From Squalus acanthias (lineage: Eukaryota), in assembly GCA_030390025.1 (NCBI GenBank), contig CM059425.1, positions 170,626,001 through 170,690,000 of the forward strand: a DNA stretch of 64,000 bases, written 5' to 3'. The notes under the pieces were generated by a model. That model was not told the origin of the DNA and did not search any database. It was given only the letters and a program-made list of their open reading frames with translations. Shown here in pieces: positions 1-11,920 of the stretch (position 1 is the first letter of the stretch; each line of letters starts with the position of its first letter). Position numbers and translations under genes: made by a program.

Positions 1-420
1 CCAGTGGAAATCATTTCTTTGTATCTGCCTTATCAAATTCCTTTATCATTTTAAATATCTCAATTAGATTACCCCTCAAATCATATAAACTCAAGGGAAT
101 ATAAGCCAAGTTTATGCAACCTATCCTCTTAATTTAGCCCTTTAAGCCCCATTCTGGTGAACCTGCACTGCACCCCCTCCAAAGTCAACATATCCTTCTT
201 ATGATGTGGTGCTCAAAACTGAACGCAGTATTCCAGATGGGGTCTGACCAAGGCTTTGTCCAATTCAAGCATAATCTCCTCCCCTTTGTATTCCAGCCCC
301 CTTGAGATGAAGGCCAAATTTCCATTAGACTTTTTCATTACTTTTTGTACCTGTGCCCTAGCTTTTAGTGATTTGTGTACATGGACACCCAAATCCCTTT
401 GCTCCTTCACATTAAGAAAA
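1..420 (-). mobile_element. CR1 LINE fragment (RT C-terminal region), degenerate
   Basis: ORF 213..410 reads QRDLGVHVHKSLK...ALVRPHLEYCVQF, the CR1 ORF2 C-terminal motif also seen in the better-preserved CR1 copies in this window. Confidence 0.85.
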
Positions 421-994
421 TTAAGAAAACATTTTGATATATAGAATATAAAAGTGGGAAGTATTTAAGCATGCATTGGTGATGCTCCAATTGAAATTAA
501 ATCCAGCCAATCCAAAATAGATTAAAAGGCAGCAGAGGCCAATGTGGATAATTAGGGAAAAAACGAGTAACATTAAGGATAAACAGGAAGCATTCAAAGC
601 ATACAAGGAACCAAATAGGCAGGATTTAGTAAATTATAAAGACAAGCAAACGCTTGGAGAAAAAAAATGACAAGTCAAGAAAACAAGCGATGTAAGGCTG
701 CGGAGAACATCTCAAATAAAAATAATGGGCCCAAACACCTACAGGTCTGTCACTGATCTCACCAAAGTTTGCAGGGTCAGTAGGTTGCCCCATTTAACTA
801 TTTCTGGCGGCTGCCCACACCACTCTGGGTCCCTACCAGTGCAGAGGGATGGATAATGCAGCACAGGAAAGCCGCGCCAGGAAGAAGTTGGTGCCACCGG
901 CATAGAAGAATAAAAGTTATGGCCCATCAACAAATCTTCAAGGGTCCAGACCTAGCCCCTAGGCTGGACCTCCAGGTTGCTCCCATTTCTGCCA

Positions 995-1166
995 GCAGGC
1001 CAGTCAGTATGCCTTCTCCCAGTTGGAGTATATGCTGCCTGGCAGATTGCAGGCCAGTCAGTCTGCCTTCTCCCAGTTGGAGTATATGCTGCCTGGCGGA
1101 TTGCAGGCCAGTCAGTATGCCTTCTCCTAGTTGGAGTATATGCTGCCTGGCGGATTGCAGGCCAGT
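995..1166. repeat. 54-bp minisatellite, ~3.2 copies
   Basis: Unit gcaggccagtcagtatgccttctcccagttggagtatatgctgcctggcagatt starts at 995, 1049, 1103 and partially at 1157. It explains the 18-aa repeats in the overlapping ORFs. Confidence 0.95.
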
Positions 1167-1409
1167 GATGAGGAAACTCCCAGCCTCGGAATCCTCTTCT
1201 CCTGGCCAAGCCGTCTCTGCCACAAGTGAACTTGTTTGGGCTCGGCAGAGGTGCCGCCTCAAACAATGTCCTAAGGAAGCTGGCAATGAAAAGTGGGAGC
1301 ATCCAGGTCCCAGCCTATTTCCCCAGGCTTTGCGCCACACTCCCGGTTTATGGTGTGAGTACACTGAAAGGCCCGCAGAAATTCAGGGCCAACATGATTT
1401 TCAAATGCA

Positions 1410-2845
1410 TAAGTAGTAAAGAAAGTAAAAAAAAATATTGGTCCACTTAAAAAAGATAGCAGGAAGCTGAATTCCATGAACAAAGAAATAGCAGAATTAT
1501 GAAATAGTTACTTCCCATCTATGCGTACTCAGGAACAGGAAGGGAGGGTGCCTCAGTCAGACAAAAGAGTTGCAGGAACAATAGAAGAGACACTGGACAT
1601 CATGAAAATAACAAAAAATATGGTTATAAAAAAATTAGATGCTGTTAAAAAGATGAAGCATCTGGCACAGACAACTTGCACATTCATATCTTAAAGGAGA
1701 TGGGGACTGAAACTGGTAAAACTTTAACTGACATGGATATAAGTTTGCTAAATTCAGGACCGATTCCTGAGGGTTTTTAACGGCATATTGACTGCTAAAC
1801 AAACGTTATGGTCCTGAAAAACTAATTTTAATTTTGTGGAGTGTCAAATTTCTCCATTATGATAAAAATTACAATTTTTAAGAAACTTTAAAATATATAT
1901 ATATTTTTAAGTTTGTTCATGATATTTCAGGCTCTACCTTATCCCCATGTGAGAGCCCCAATCTTTGTTTTGCTCTCCATTACATTGTTAAAAAGTCTGT
2001 ATAAAAGCAGCTTCACATTTCCTGCTTTGCTGTCTGTGAGAATTCTGCAATGTGATTGGCTGCTTAGACAGCTTGTTGACATCACAGCAGATTGCATTAG
2101 GGAATCCCCACTATACTGCACTAAAATCACTTGATCATTGAAAAAGGCAAACTTCTTGCCGCAGAGATCGTGAGAGCTCTGTGGGCAGCTTTCTTTGGGG
2201 CTAGTCCAGTATCACAACCATTACATTGCCAATACCAATCACATTCAAGGACTGCAAAGTCACATTTAACTAACCTTCTGGAGCCAGCAGTGAATGCCTT
2301 TGCTTCACCGCTGACTGCAAATTCCGGGCCAGTGAGTCAACCACATAGTTTAGGACTGGAGTAACATACAGGCCAGGTGAGACCAGAACAGAAAATTAGT
2401 GAACCAGTGGGGGGGTTTTTTGACCACCTGGCAGCTTTAGCTTTCATGATCATTTTTTTTTGCACCAGCTCTTGAATGACCCAATTTATTGAATTCAATT
2501 TCAGAACTTCCCAGGCTGGGATTTAGAACTCTCAACCTCTGGGTTGCTAGTCCAGTATCACAACCATTACATTACCAATAACAAACACATTCAAGGACTG
2601 CAAAGTCACATTTAACTAACCTTCTGGAGTTTTACAAAGGCTTTACTGACAGGATGGAGAGGGGAAATGAAACTGATATTATATACTTAGATTCTCAGAA
2701 AGCTTTTGACAGGGTTCTATATTGGTGATTAATGGTTATAGTAAGGAATCACAGAATTGAAGGTAAAAAAAAAGCACTGGATAGAAATTTGGAAAACAGA
2801 AACAGAGGGTAAATAAAAATGGGAACTTTTCAGCTTGGAAACTTT
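1410..2845 (+). mobile_element. Fragments of an ancient, heavily decayed CR1 ORF2, interrupted by a MITE-like element (~1780-2330) and a tRNA-derived SINE (~2340-2580, minus)
   Basis: 2590-2720 translates to KSHLTNLLEFYKG...IIYLDSQKAFDRV (CR1 RT). The minus strand of 2515-2577 reads ggtaatgtaatggttgtgatactggactagcaacccagaggttgagagttctaaatccc (tRNA-like head). Confidence 0.6.
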
Positions 2846-2876
2846 TCAACTAAATATTGGGAAGACAGAAGCTATT

Positions 2877-5804
2877 GGCTGGAATTTTCCCTACCTGGGC
2901 GGGTCTGGTGCGGCTGGTGGCCATGGCGGATCGTAACCCCGTTGACTCCATCCCGCTGCACAAAAGGACTTTATGTCAATAGGGCCTATTAAGCCCGCCC
3001 TGCGCATTACCCGGTCCAATTAAATGGTGCGGGTCTGCTGACATCATCCATGACGCACTTTCAGCTGGGATATTTAAAGGGGCCATGGCCATATTACATT
3101 TGAAGGTTAACCTAAAATAGTACAGCTTTGGAGTGCTGCAAACACTTTGGAAATGACTGCACAGAGGCAGAGGGCTGCACCCAGGTTCTCCGATGACGCC
3201 CTCCAAATGTTGGTGGAGGGAGTCAGAGCACGCAGGGAGGTCCTCTTCCCTTCCAATGGGCGGAAGAGACCTCCCCAGGAGACCAAAACTGCCTGGTTGG
3301 AGATTACAGAGGAGGTCAAAAGCAGGGATGTGTTCAGGAGGACCTGGGTGCAGTGCCACAAACGTTTCAATTATCTCATTAGATCAGGAAACGGGAGTAC
3401 AAAGCCACACTCAACTTCATCCTGCTGTGCCTCTCATCACATCCCCATCACTCTGCCTTCCCAACCCTGCTCCTGCACATCCTTACTCACACCAACATAC
3501 CTTGCATATCCACCCATCCCTCTCTCTCTCTCTCTACATTATTACATCCCCATCTGACTAGCTACCCCTCACACTCACCCTTATCCTAGTGCAATCATAC
3601 CAACTAACAACACACAAGGAGGCCACTTGGCATTGGCACCCCACTCCATCATAGTCTCCCTCTAAAGATCTAACCCATCCATTCCTTACACTCATTCCAT
3701 CACTCTCACTCAACATTCTCTTCTTTCCCTCCTTGCAGGAAAAGAGAGCCCAAAATAACAGGGAGAGGAGAAGAACCAGCGGTGCCCTTCATCATTTGCA
3801 AACCTTACAACAGCAGAGGAGGCTGCTTTAGAAGTACCTGGAGTCGCCAAGCAGCTGGAGGTGGGAGTCGGAGAGAGAGGGACATCTCAGCAACCTGGTG
3901 ACAGAATTACATATCATACAGCTACATGGCATACATCAGTCACTCATATGGGGACTGATGTCAGCAGCCATTGAATGTTCATCATGTGCATAATGGTATC
4001 TGTACCCATTCTTCATATGACATATATAACTCATCTCTTTATTCCCCCACAGGTCCATCAAGAGCCGCTCCCCTCCTCCACTGTCCAGGAGGAAGAGGAA
4101 GATGATTCCTCAGAGGAATCTCCAGCCTCTGAGGGCGCACCGTCACCAGACATAAGCGCATCCAGCACTAGCGCAGATACGCACACCTGGGTGGGTCCCA
4201 TGCGAGATAGAGTAGTGTTGTCACCTGGTGTCTCACAACTCACAGGTGAGCAAGAGCAGATGGTGGAGACAGGGACAGCAGTGGAGACTCCTCACTGAAG
4301 GCCGCAGGACGCTCCCAGCTCTGCTCAGCTACATGCAGATGCTGAGCCTCGGAATCCATCCAGAAAGAGGGTGATCCTGGAGGTGCAGGAAGAAGTGCAG
4401 GGGGCTCTAACAGGTTTTGTGAGCGTGATGTCTGCAAATATTCAGAGAATGGAGGAGTTCATCTCCAACATGAGCACCACCGTGTCGCAGGTGATGGTGA
4501 TGTAGGCTCCTCCATGAATAGGATGGCCACCTACATGGAGAAGCTAATGCGCCACTCACAGGAGCACATGTTCTCTATGGAGAATAGATGGCAGAGGCTC
4601 ATAGACCTCCTCTCTAGGAGGGATGTCAGCATAGACGTGGGTCATCATGGGCCCACTGATGTGCCGCAAGGTGCTCTCCAGCTCCTTGCTGAAGCCACAG
4701 GGGTAGCACCTCGTAGAAGCACATGGAAGAGAAAGATGACACGCAAGTAGATTCACAAGGGTAGCCACCTGGGTGTTTTATCCAATGTTTATGTAAAGTT
4801 TCCATTAATGTGCTGTCAAACATAAAAAATCTTTATTTTCAACACTTTCCAGTCTTGGACAGATTTGTGCACACCTTTAGAAGTGGCTTAGTGAGTTACA
4901 GTACATGGTGAGACATAACGGTACCTCCAGCAAAGGTGGGGAGTGTGAAAGGAATGGCTTGGTCATTGTAGGGATGCTTTATGGTGTTGGTGTGGAGTGG
5001 TGCCAACCTGGTGCACCATGTGGCAGCCATATGGGTGCATAATGTAAAGATAAGTAAATCTGGCCATGACGAGGCCATCCCTGGCCTCCCGGGCAGCAAT
5101 GTGCTCAGGTGCTGATGCCCTCTGTCCTGTGCAGCATCAGGTGATTGCAGATAAGGTTGGTGTTGTTGTTGGTGCTGTTGGTGTGCCTGGTGCTGCTGGT
5201 GTTGGGGCTCATCGTGGTCCGATTCTGAGGACCAAGCTGAGACAGTATAAATGGCACCCATGTTGATGGAATACATGGCAGGTGAAGTAGAGATGACAGA
5301 AGCAATCTGTCAATAGTGAGAGAGGTTCTTCCAATGAGGTGACACTGGATGGAGACTTTGCTGGAAAGACTTGCAGCCTGCAGAAAGCTCAATCTGTGCT
5401 GCAGTGAGAAACAGCTTCTGACTGAGGAAAGTGATCAGCTGGCAGGTGGAAGCTTTTATATTACATTTGATGCTGTCAACTAATCAGCTGGATCAATGGC
5501 CACTCAACTCCCGCCTCAGGTTGAAAGACATGGTCCCCGAGCAGCGTGAGTCCCATGGTTATCCAGTGAAATGGTAAAGGTAAGGTTAAAAAGACTCTTA
5601 AGGATCTGAGAACAAGCTAATAATCCTTTAAATTGGGTCGCCCACCTCGACCAGTCGAATCGCTGCCGCAGTGACAGACGCACCTGAGGGAAAGGCACGC
5701 GGGGGCAGGATGACGGCGGGTTCCAAACCTGCTGCAAGAAATTTCAACTTTCCCACCCAACCCGCCTCTGATCACACCTGCACGGACCCTGGAAAATTCC
5801 AGCC
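2877..5804 (+). mobile_element. Non-autonomous PIF/Harbinger element retaining the Myb/SANT gene, transposase internally deleted
   Basis: Perfect 14-bp TIR GGCTGGAATTTTCC (2877-2890 / 5791-5804) and 3-bp TSD ATT (2874-2876 / 5805-5807). Removing the element restores the L2 sequence gaagct-att-gtctttggcccctgccacaaactcc, which is seen intact near 32640-32690. Confidence 0.9.
3153..4750 (+). pseudogene. Harbinger Myb/SANT-like (trihelix) DNA-binding protein, 3 exons (~3153-3392, ~3739-3897, ~4053-4750), disrupted
   Basis: Exon 1 RAAPRFSDDALQMLVEGVRARREVLF...AWLEITEEV...RTWVQCHKRFNYL fits the Myb_DNA-bind_5/MSANTD pattern. Acceptors are ctccttgcag|GAAAAGAGAGCC (EKRAQNNRERRRTSG) and cccccacag|. 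The first donor is mutated (GGGAGT) and there are frameshifts downstream. Confidence 0.8.
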
Positions 5805-6303
5805 ATTGTCTTTGGCCCCTGCCACAAACTCCATTTCCTAGCCATCAACTCCATTCCTCTCCCTGGCAACTGCCTGAGGCTGAATCAGACTGTTCGCAAC
5901 TTTGGTGTCATATTTGACCCTGAGAGGAGCTTCCGACCACATATCCGCACCATCATTATTTCCACCTCTGGAACATCGCTCAACTCTGCCCCATCTCAGC
6001 TCATCTGCTGCTGAAATCTCATCCATGCCTTTGTTATCTCTAGACTTGACTATTCCAACAGGCTCCTGGCTGGCCTCCCACATTCTACCCTCCGCTGACC
6101 TACACTGGCTCCCGATTAAGCAATGCCTCGATTTTAAAATTCTCATCCTTGTTTTTAAATCACTCCATGGCCTCGCCCTTTCCTTTCTCTGTAATTTCTC
6201 CAGCCCCACAACCTTCAGAGATATCTGTGCTCCTCTAATTCTGGCCACTTGAGCATCCCCAATTTTAATCGCTCCACCATTGGTGGCCGTGCCTTCAGCT
6301 GCC
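5805..6303 (+). mobile_element. L2 LINE 3' region (part 1; begins ~2846, continues at 11699-11920)
   Basis: Homologous to the reverse complement of the L2 segments at 29773-30020, 32290-32700, 55103-55515 and 62847-63320. Confidence 0.8.
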
Positions 6304-6384
6304 ATAGAAACATAGAAGATAGGAGCAGGAGTAGGCCATTCGGCCCCTCGAGCCTGCTCCGCCATTCGATGAGATCATGGCTGA

Positions 6385-9300
6385 TCATCCAAACTCAGTA
6401 CCCTGTACCTGCCTTCTCCCCATATCCCTTGATACCTTTAGCTTTAAGAATATATCTAACTCATTCTTGAATATATTTAATGACTTGGCCTCAACTACCT
6501 TCTGTGGTAGAGAATTCCACAGGTTCACCACTCTCTGAGTGAAGAAATTCTTCCTCATTTCTGTCCTAAATGGCTTACCCCTTATCCTTAGATTATGACC
6601 CCTGGTTCTGGACTCTCCGACCATCGGGAACATTCTTCCTGCATCTAGTTTGTCCAGACCTGTCAGAATTTTATATGTTTCGATGAGATCCCCTCTCATT
6701 CTTCTATACTCCAGCGAGTATAAGCCCAATCGACCCAATCTCTCCTCATATGTCATTCCTGCCATCCCAGGTATCAGCCTTGTGAATCTTCGCTGAACTC
6801 CTTCCATGGCAAGAACATCCTTCCTCAGATAAGGGGACCAAAACTGCACACAGTACTCAAGGTGTGGTCTCACCAAGGCCCTGTACAACTGCAGCAGGAC
6901 ATCCCTGTTCCTATACTCAAACCCTTTCGCTATGAAGGCCAACATACCATTTGCCTTCTTCACCGCCTGCTGCACCTGCATGCTAACCTTCAGCGACAGG
7001 TGCACAAGGACACCCAGGTCTCGTTGCACTTCCCCTTCTCCCAATCTATTGCCATTCAGATAATAGTCTGCCTTTCTGTTTTTGACACCAAAGTGGATAA
7101 CCTCGCATTTATCCACGTTATATTGCATCTGCCACGCTTCTGCCCACTCACCCAACCTGTCCAAATCATCCTGGAGTTTCTCGGTATCCTCCTCGCAGCA
7201 CACACTCCCACCCAGCTTTGTGTCATCTGCAAACTTGGAGATATTACATTTAGTTCCCTTATCTAGATCATTAATGAATATTGTGAATAACTGGGGTCCA
7301 AGGACCGATCCCTGCGATACCCCACTAGTCACTGCTTGCCACTCGGAAAAAGACCCATTAATTCCTACTCTCTGCTTTCTGTCCGCCAACCAGTTCTCTA
7401 TCCAAGTCAATACCTTGCCCCCAATCCCATGTGCCTTAACTTTACATGCTAATTTCTTATGCAGGACCTTATTGAAAGCCTTTTGAAAGTCCAAATACAC
7501 CACATCTACTGCTTCTCCCTTATCTATTTTCCCAGTTACATCCTCAAAAAATTCCAGTAGATTAGTCAAGCACGATTTACCTTTTGTAAATCCATGTTAA
7601 CTTTGTCCGATCCTGTCACTGTTTTTCAAGTGCTCAGCTATTACATCCTTTATAATGGACTCTAGCATTTTCCCCACTACCGATGTCAGGTCTGTAATTC
7701 CCCGCTTTCTCTCTACCACCCTTTTTGAATAGTGGGGTAACATTAGCTACCCTCCAGTCCATGGGTACAGTTCCAGATTCCATCAAATGTTGGAAGATGA
7801 TCAGCAATGCATCTACTATTTCTAGGGCCACTTCCTTAAGTACCCTAGGATGTAGATTATCAGGCCCTGGGGATTTATCGGCCTTCAATCCCATCAATTT
7901 CCCTAACACCATTTCCCTGCAAATACTGATTTCTTTCAGTTCCTCCCTTTCATCAGACCGTATGTTCTCCAACATCTCTGGGAGGTTATTTGTTTCCTCC
8001 TTTGTGAAGACAGAACCAAAATATGCATTTAATTGGTCTGCCATTTCTTTGTTCCCCATTATAACTTCCCCCGCTTCTGACTGCAAGGGACCTACACTTG
8101 ATTTCAGTAATCTTTTTCTCTTCACATATCTATAAAAGCTCTTAGTCAGTTTTTATGTTCCTCGCTAGCTTACTTTCATATTCTATTATCCCCTTCTTAA
8201 TTAATCCCTTTGTCCTCCTTTGTTGAATCCTAAACTGCTCCCAATCCTCAGGGTTACCGCTTTTTCTGGCCAATTTATATGCCCTCTCCTTTGCATCTTA
8301 TGCTATCCCTAATTTCCCTTGTTAGCCACGGTTGAGTCACCCTTTTTGTTTTATTCTTATGCCACACTGGGATGAACAAATTCTGTAGTTCATCCATGCA
8401 GTCTTTGAATGTTTGCCATTGCCTATCCACCATCAACCCTTTGAGTGACATTCCCCAATCAATCCTATCCAATTCGCGCCTCATACCATCGCAGTTTCCT
8501 TCATTTAAATTCAGGACCCTAGTCTCTGATTCAACTACTTCACTCTCCATCCTAATGAAGAATTCTATCATATTATGATCACTCTGACCCAAGGGGCCTC
8601 GTACAACAAGATTGCTAATTAATCCTTTCTCGTTACATAATACCCAGTCTAAGATGGCCTGATCTCTGGTTGGTTCCTCGACACATTGTTCCAGAAAACC
8701 ATCCCGTAAACATTCTAGGAATTCCTCCTCCACAGTATTTTTACTAATTTGGTTAGCCTAATCTATATGTAAATTAAAGTCACCCATGATGACTGCTGTG
8801 CCCTTACTGCATGCTTCTCTAATTTCCCTTTTAATGCCGTCCCCAACCTCCGTATTACTGTTTGGAGGTCTATATACCACTCCCACTAACGTTTTCTGCC
8901 CCTTGTTATTTCTCAGTTCTACCCATACAGATTCCGCATCATCAGAGCTAATATCCTTCCTTTCAATTGTGTTAATCCCCTCTTTAACCAGCAATGCTAC
9001 CCCACCTCCCTTTGTTTTTTGCCCATCTTTCCTAAATATTGAATAACCCTGGATGTTGAGTTCCCAGCCTTGGCCACCCTGGAGCCATGTTTCTATAATC
9101 CCAATCAAATCGTATTCATTTACCTCTATTTGCGCAGTTAATTCATCCACCTTGTTCCGAATGCTCCTTGCATTAAGACACAAAGGGGTAAAAATTCACT
9201 TGGTTGTGCCTCCCGTTAGCGCCTTAAGAGGGCGCTAATGGGGCGCAAAGCCGCTAACGCCCGGGTGCAGCGATGTTTGCGCCGCTCGAGAACTTAACTT

Positions 9301-10100
9301 GAGATTGTGCGGCGGCGCTAAAACTTACCACTGCGACCACCTGCGCGCGCAGATTGTGACGTCATTCCATGGTGCAAAGCCCTTGTGGCGCCCCGTAGCA
9401 GAAATTGAGTGGCGCCCCCTGCCTTACCGCCTGGCACTTCCAACGACCAGAAGACTGGAACGCTATCAATCGCTGTGGGGCTGGGGGGGGCGCTATTTAA
9501 AGGGGGCCTCTTCCTGTCTTTTATTGTTGGTGGCATTTTTGAACTACGCATTCTGAGAGAGAGAGGGAGAGACTTCTGGAGAGATTCAACGTTGTGTGAA
9601 GGAGTTTTGGGTACTGAGCAGCACTTTGCAGGTTCATTTTGATTTGCCATTCCTTGTATCGATTTAGCAGAGACTGTGGGAGCTGCACTCTGAGCTCTTT
9701 GCGTGGTACTCTCCATTGTTCTTTCCAGCACATTTGATGTGCAAGTCTCTCCAGGCCGAGATTCAAGGCTGCAATGAACAGGATGTGGATGGAAAGCAAG
9801 ATTAACCATCCCCTTTAAGAACTGGCCCGTGCCATTGTGTGTGTGTTCCATTGCTGACTGACATTACATGAGCTTCGCCAGCGCTCTGAGGTAGCGCCTC
9901 ACTGCTCGGCCTTTGCGCCTTAAGAGAGGTGTGCAGCGCCTGCTTTAGCGCTCCACTCACCTCCCGGGGCGGTAAAAGTGAAGTTTCCTGTCAGTGCCGA
10001 TAATTAGCGCCAGGCGCTAATATTTGCGTCCGGACGATATTTGCGCCCCAAATGGGGCGCGACCTAATTTCTACCCCAAAGCCTTCAGGCTTGCTTTTTT
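6385..10100 (-). pseudogene. CR1 ORF2 (apurinic-like endonuclease + reverse transcriptase), frameshifted and split by a MITE at 9185-10077
   Basis: Fragments: LCLNARSIRNK...IETWL...GGGVAL...VYRPPN...MGDFN (8758-9183); PTRDQAILDWVL...SDHN (8275-8733); KSPGPDNLHPRVLKE (7634-8125); YLDFQKAF...GVSQGSVLGP...FADD (6385-7569). Confidence 0.93.
9185..10077 (+). mobile_element. Non-autonomous Harbinger (893 bp), internal-deletion relative of the 13139-17289 element
   Basis: TIR GGGGTAAAAATT / aatttctacccc and TSD AAA (9182-9184 / 10078-10080). The first ~380 bp and last ~330 bp are highly similar to the ends of 13139-17289. Excision restores the CR1 ORF2 peptide SLKALCLNARS. Confidence 0.93.
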
Positions 10101-10264
10101 AACGCTCTCAGACCTATATGAATTATTATTTACTGTGACCATGTTTGATTTAAACCGTTGAGTTCTTTGCCTTCTACTTTTGTTTTTCTCCTTCCTGTCT
10201 TTTGCTTTTATCCTTGTTTCCCTTTCCTCTGTTTCCCTGCTCAGGTTCCCAACCCCCTGCCACT

Positions 10265-11216
10265 TTAGTTTAAACCCTCCCCAACAGCACTAGCAAACAC
10301 TCCCCCTAGGACATTGGTCCCGGCCCTGCCCAGGTGCAGACTGTCCCGTTTGTACTGGTCCCACCTCCCCCAGAACCGGTTCCAATGTCCAAGGAATTTG
10401 AATCCCTCCCCATTGCACCATTCCTCTAGCCACGTATTCATTTGAAATATCCTCCTATTTCTACTCTGACTAGCACGTGGCACTGGTAGCAATCCTGAGA
10501 TTACTACCTTTGAGGTCCTATTTTTTAAATTTACCTCCTAACTCCCTATATTCTGCTTTTAGGACCTCATCCCATTTTTTACCTATATCGTTGATGCCTA
10601 TGTGCACCACGACAACTGGCTGTTCGCCCTCCCCCTCCAAAATGTTCTGTAGCCGCTCCGAGACGTCCTTGACCCTTGCACCAGGGAGGCAACACACCAT
10701 CCTGGAGTCTCGTTTGCGGCCGCAGAAACGCCTATCTATGCCCCTTACAATTGAATCCCCTATCACTATAGCTCTTTCACACTTTTTCCTCCCAGCCTGT
10801 GCAGCAGAGCCACCCATGGTGCCAGGAAGTTGGCTCCTGCTGCCTTCCCCTGATAAGTCATCCCCCCCAACAGCATCCAAAGTGGTATATCTGTTTGAGA
10901 GGGGGATGGCCACAGGGGACCCCTGCACTACCTGCCTGCACCTCTTACTCTGCCTGGTGGTCACCCATTCACTTCCTGCCTGTACACCCTTTATCTGCGG
11001 TGTGACCAACTCGCTAAACGTGCTATCCACGACGTTCTCAGTGTCGCGAATGCTCCAATATGCATCCATCCACAGCTCCAGCACCGCAATGCGGTCCATC
11101 AGTAGCTGCAGCTGGATACACTTCCCACACACATGGTCATCAGGGACACAGGAAGCTTCCCTGATTTCCCACATATAGCAGGAGGAGAATATCATGGGGC
11201 AGAGCTCTCCTGCCAT
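10265..11216 (-). pseudogene. CR1 ORF1: N-terminal Cys-rich/leucine-zipper region + SGNH/GDSL esterase domain, one frameshift near 10500-10520
   Basis: SSCYMWE...VCGKC, IVIGDSIVRG (block I), CLPGAR, VVVHIGINDI (block III), and DSLHL (block V) in the 10265..10492 frame. Confidence 0.9.
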
Positions 11217-11478
11217 GACTTAGCCTTTAATTAATTAATTTAAATTAAATTAAATGAATCCCACCAATTTCACTTCAATTAAATGATATACTCAAGGGCC
11301 CTTGTTTAACAGCAGTCCCCGCTACACCACAGAGACTCTAGAAACTATAAACCACAGAATTTAAGTATGGAAAAAAGGAGAAAGAGAGAAATACTCACCA
11401 ACCATCACTTACCTGCTTTCTGGCGACGTCACACTTCGATTACTTTTTACTTCTGTCTCCCGCTCTGAGATTGGTAAA

Positions 11479-11702
11479 CCTACCTGTTCCTTGGGCTCGC
11501 CTTTATACCCTGCCGCCGCCGCTCCTCCTAGGTCCGCACCGCCGCTGCTGTGGGCCTACCTGCTCCTCGGGCTCGCCTTTATACCCTACCGCCGCCGCTC
11601 CTCCTAGGTCCGCACCGCCACTGCTGTAGGCCTACCTGCTCCTCGGGCTAGCTTTTATACTCTGCCATCGCCGCTCCTCCTAGGTCCGCACCGCCGCTGC
11701 TG
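11479..11702 (-). repeat. Three 76-bp tandem monomers forming the CR1 5' end
   Basis: Units start at 11479, 11555 and 11631. They are GC-rich and each reads ...GTATAAA... on the element (minus) strand. Confidence 0.92.
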
Positions 11703-11920
11703 CCAAGGTCTGGAATTCCCTCCCTAAAACTCTCCGCCTCTCTTTCCTCCTTTAAGATGCTTCTTAAAACCTACATCTTTGACCAATCTTTTGGGCATCT
11801 GTCCTACTATCTCCTTATGTGGCTCGCTATCAAATTTTGTTTTATAACACTCCTGTGAAGCACCTTGGGATGATTTACCACGTTAAAGAAGCTATATAAA
11901 TATAAGTTGTAGTTGTTTTT
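11699..11920 (+). mobile_element. L2 LINE 3' end (part 2) with (gtt)n tail
   Basis: ggaattccctccctaaa...cctgtgaagcaccttggga...gctatataaatataagttgtagttgtt matches the other L2 3' ends in the window. Confidence 0.8.

Larger units (their letters stand above)
6304..11698 (-). mobile_element. Full-length CR1 LINE (5'UTR monomers, ORF1 esterase, ORF2 APE-RT, (TTTCTATG)n tail), inactivated by frameshifts and a MITE insertion
   Basis: Tail catagaaacatagaa at 6303. ORF1 and ORF2 are listed below. Candidate TSD GCTGCC at 6298-6303 / 11699-11704, and the flanks rejoin into a contiguous L2. Confidence 0.92.

Noticed and set aside
856..1416. 186-aa ORF with 18-aa repeats (and antisense ORFs)
   Set aside because: Explained by the 54-bp minisatellite, with no recognisable domain.
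11479..11702. CRISPR-like array (also considered for 995-1166)
   Set aside because: Head-to-tail repeats without unique spacers, no cas genes, eukaryotic context.
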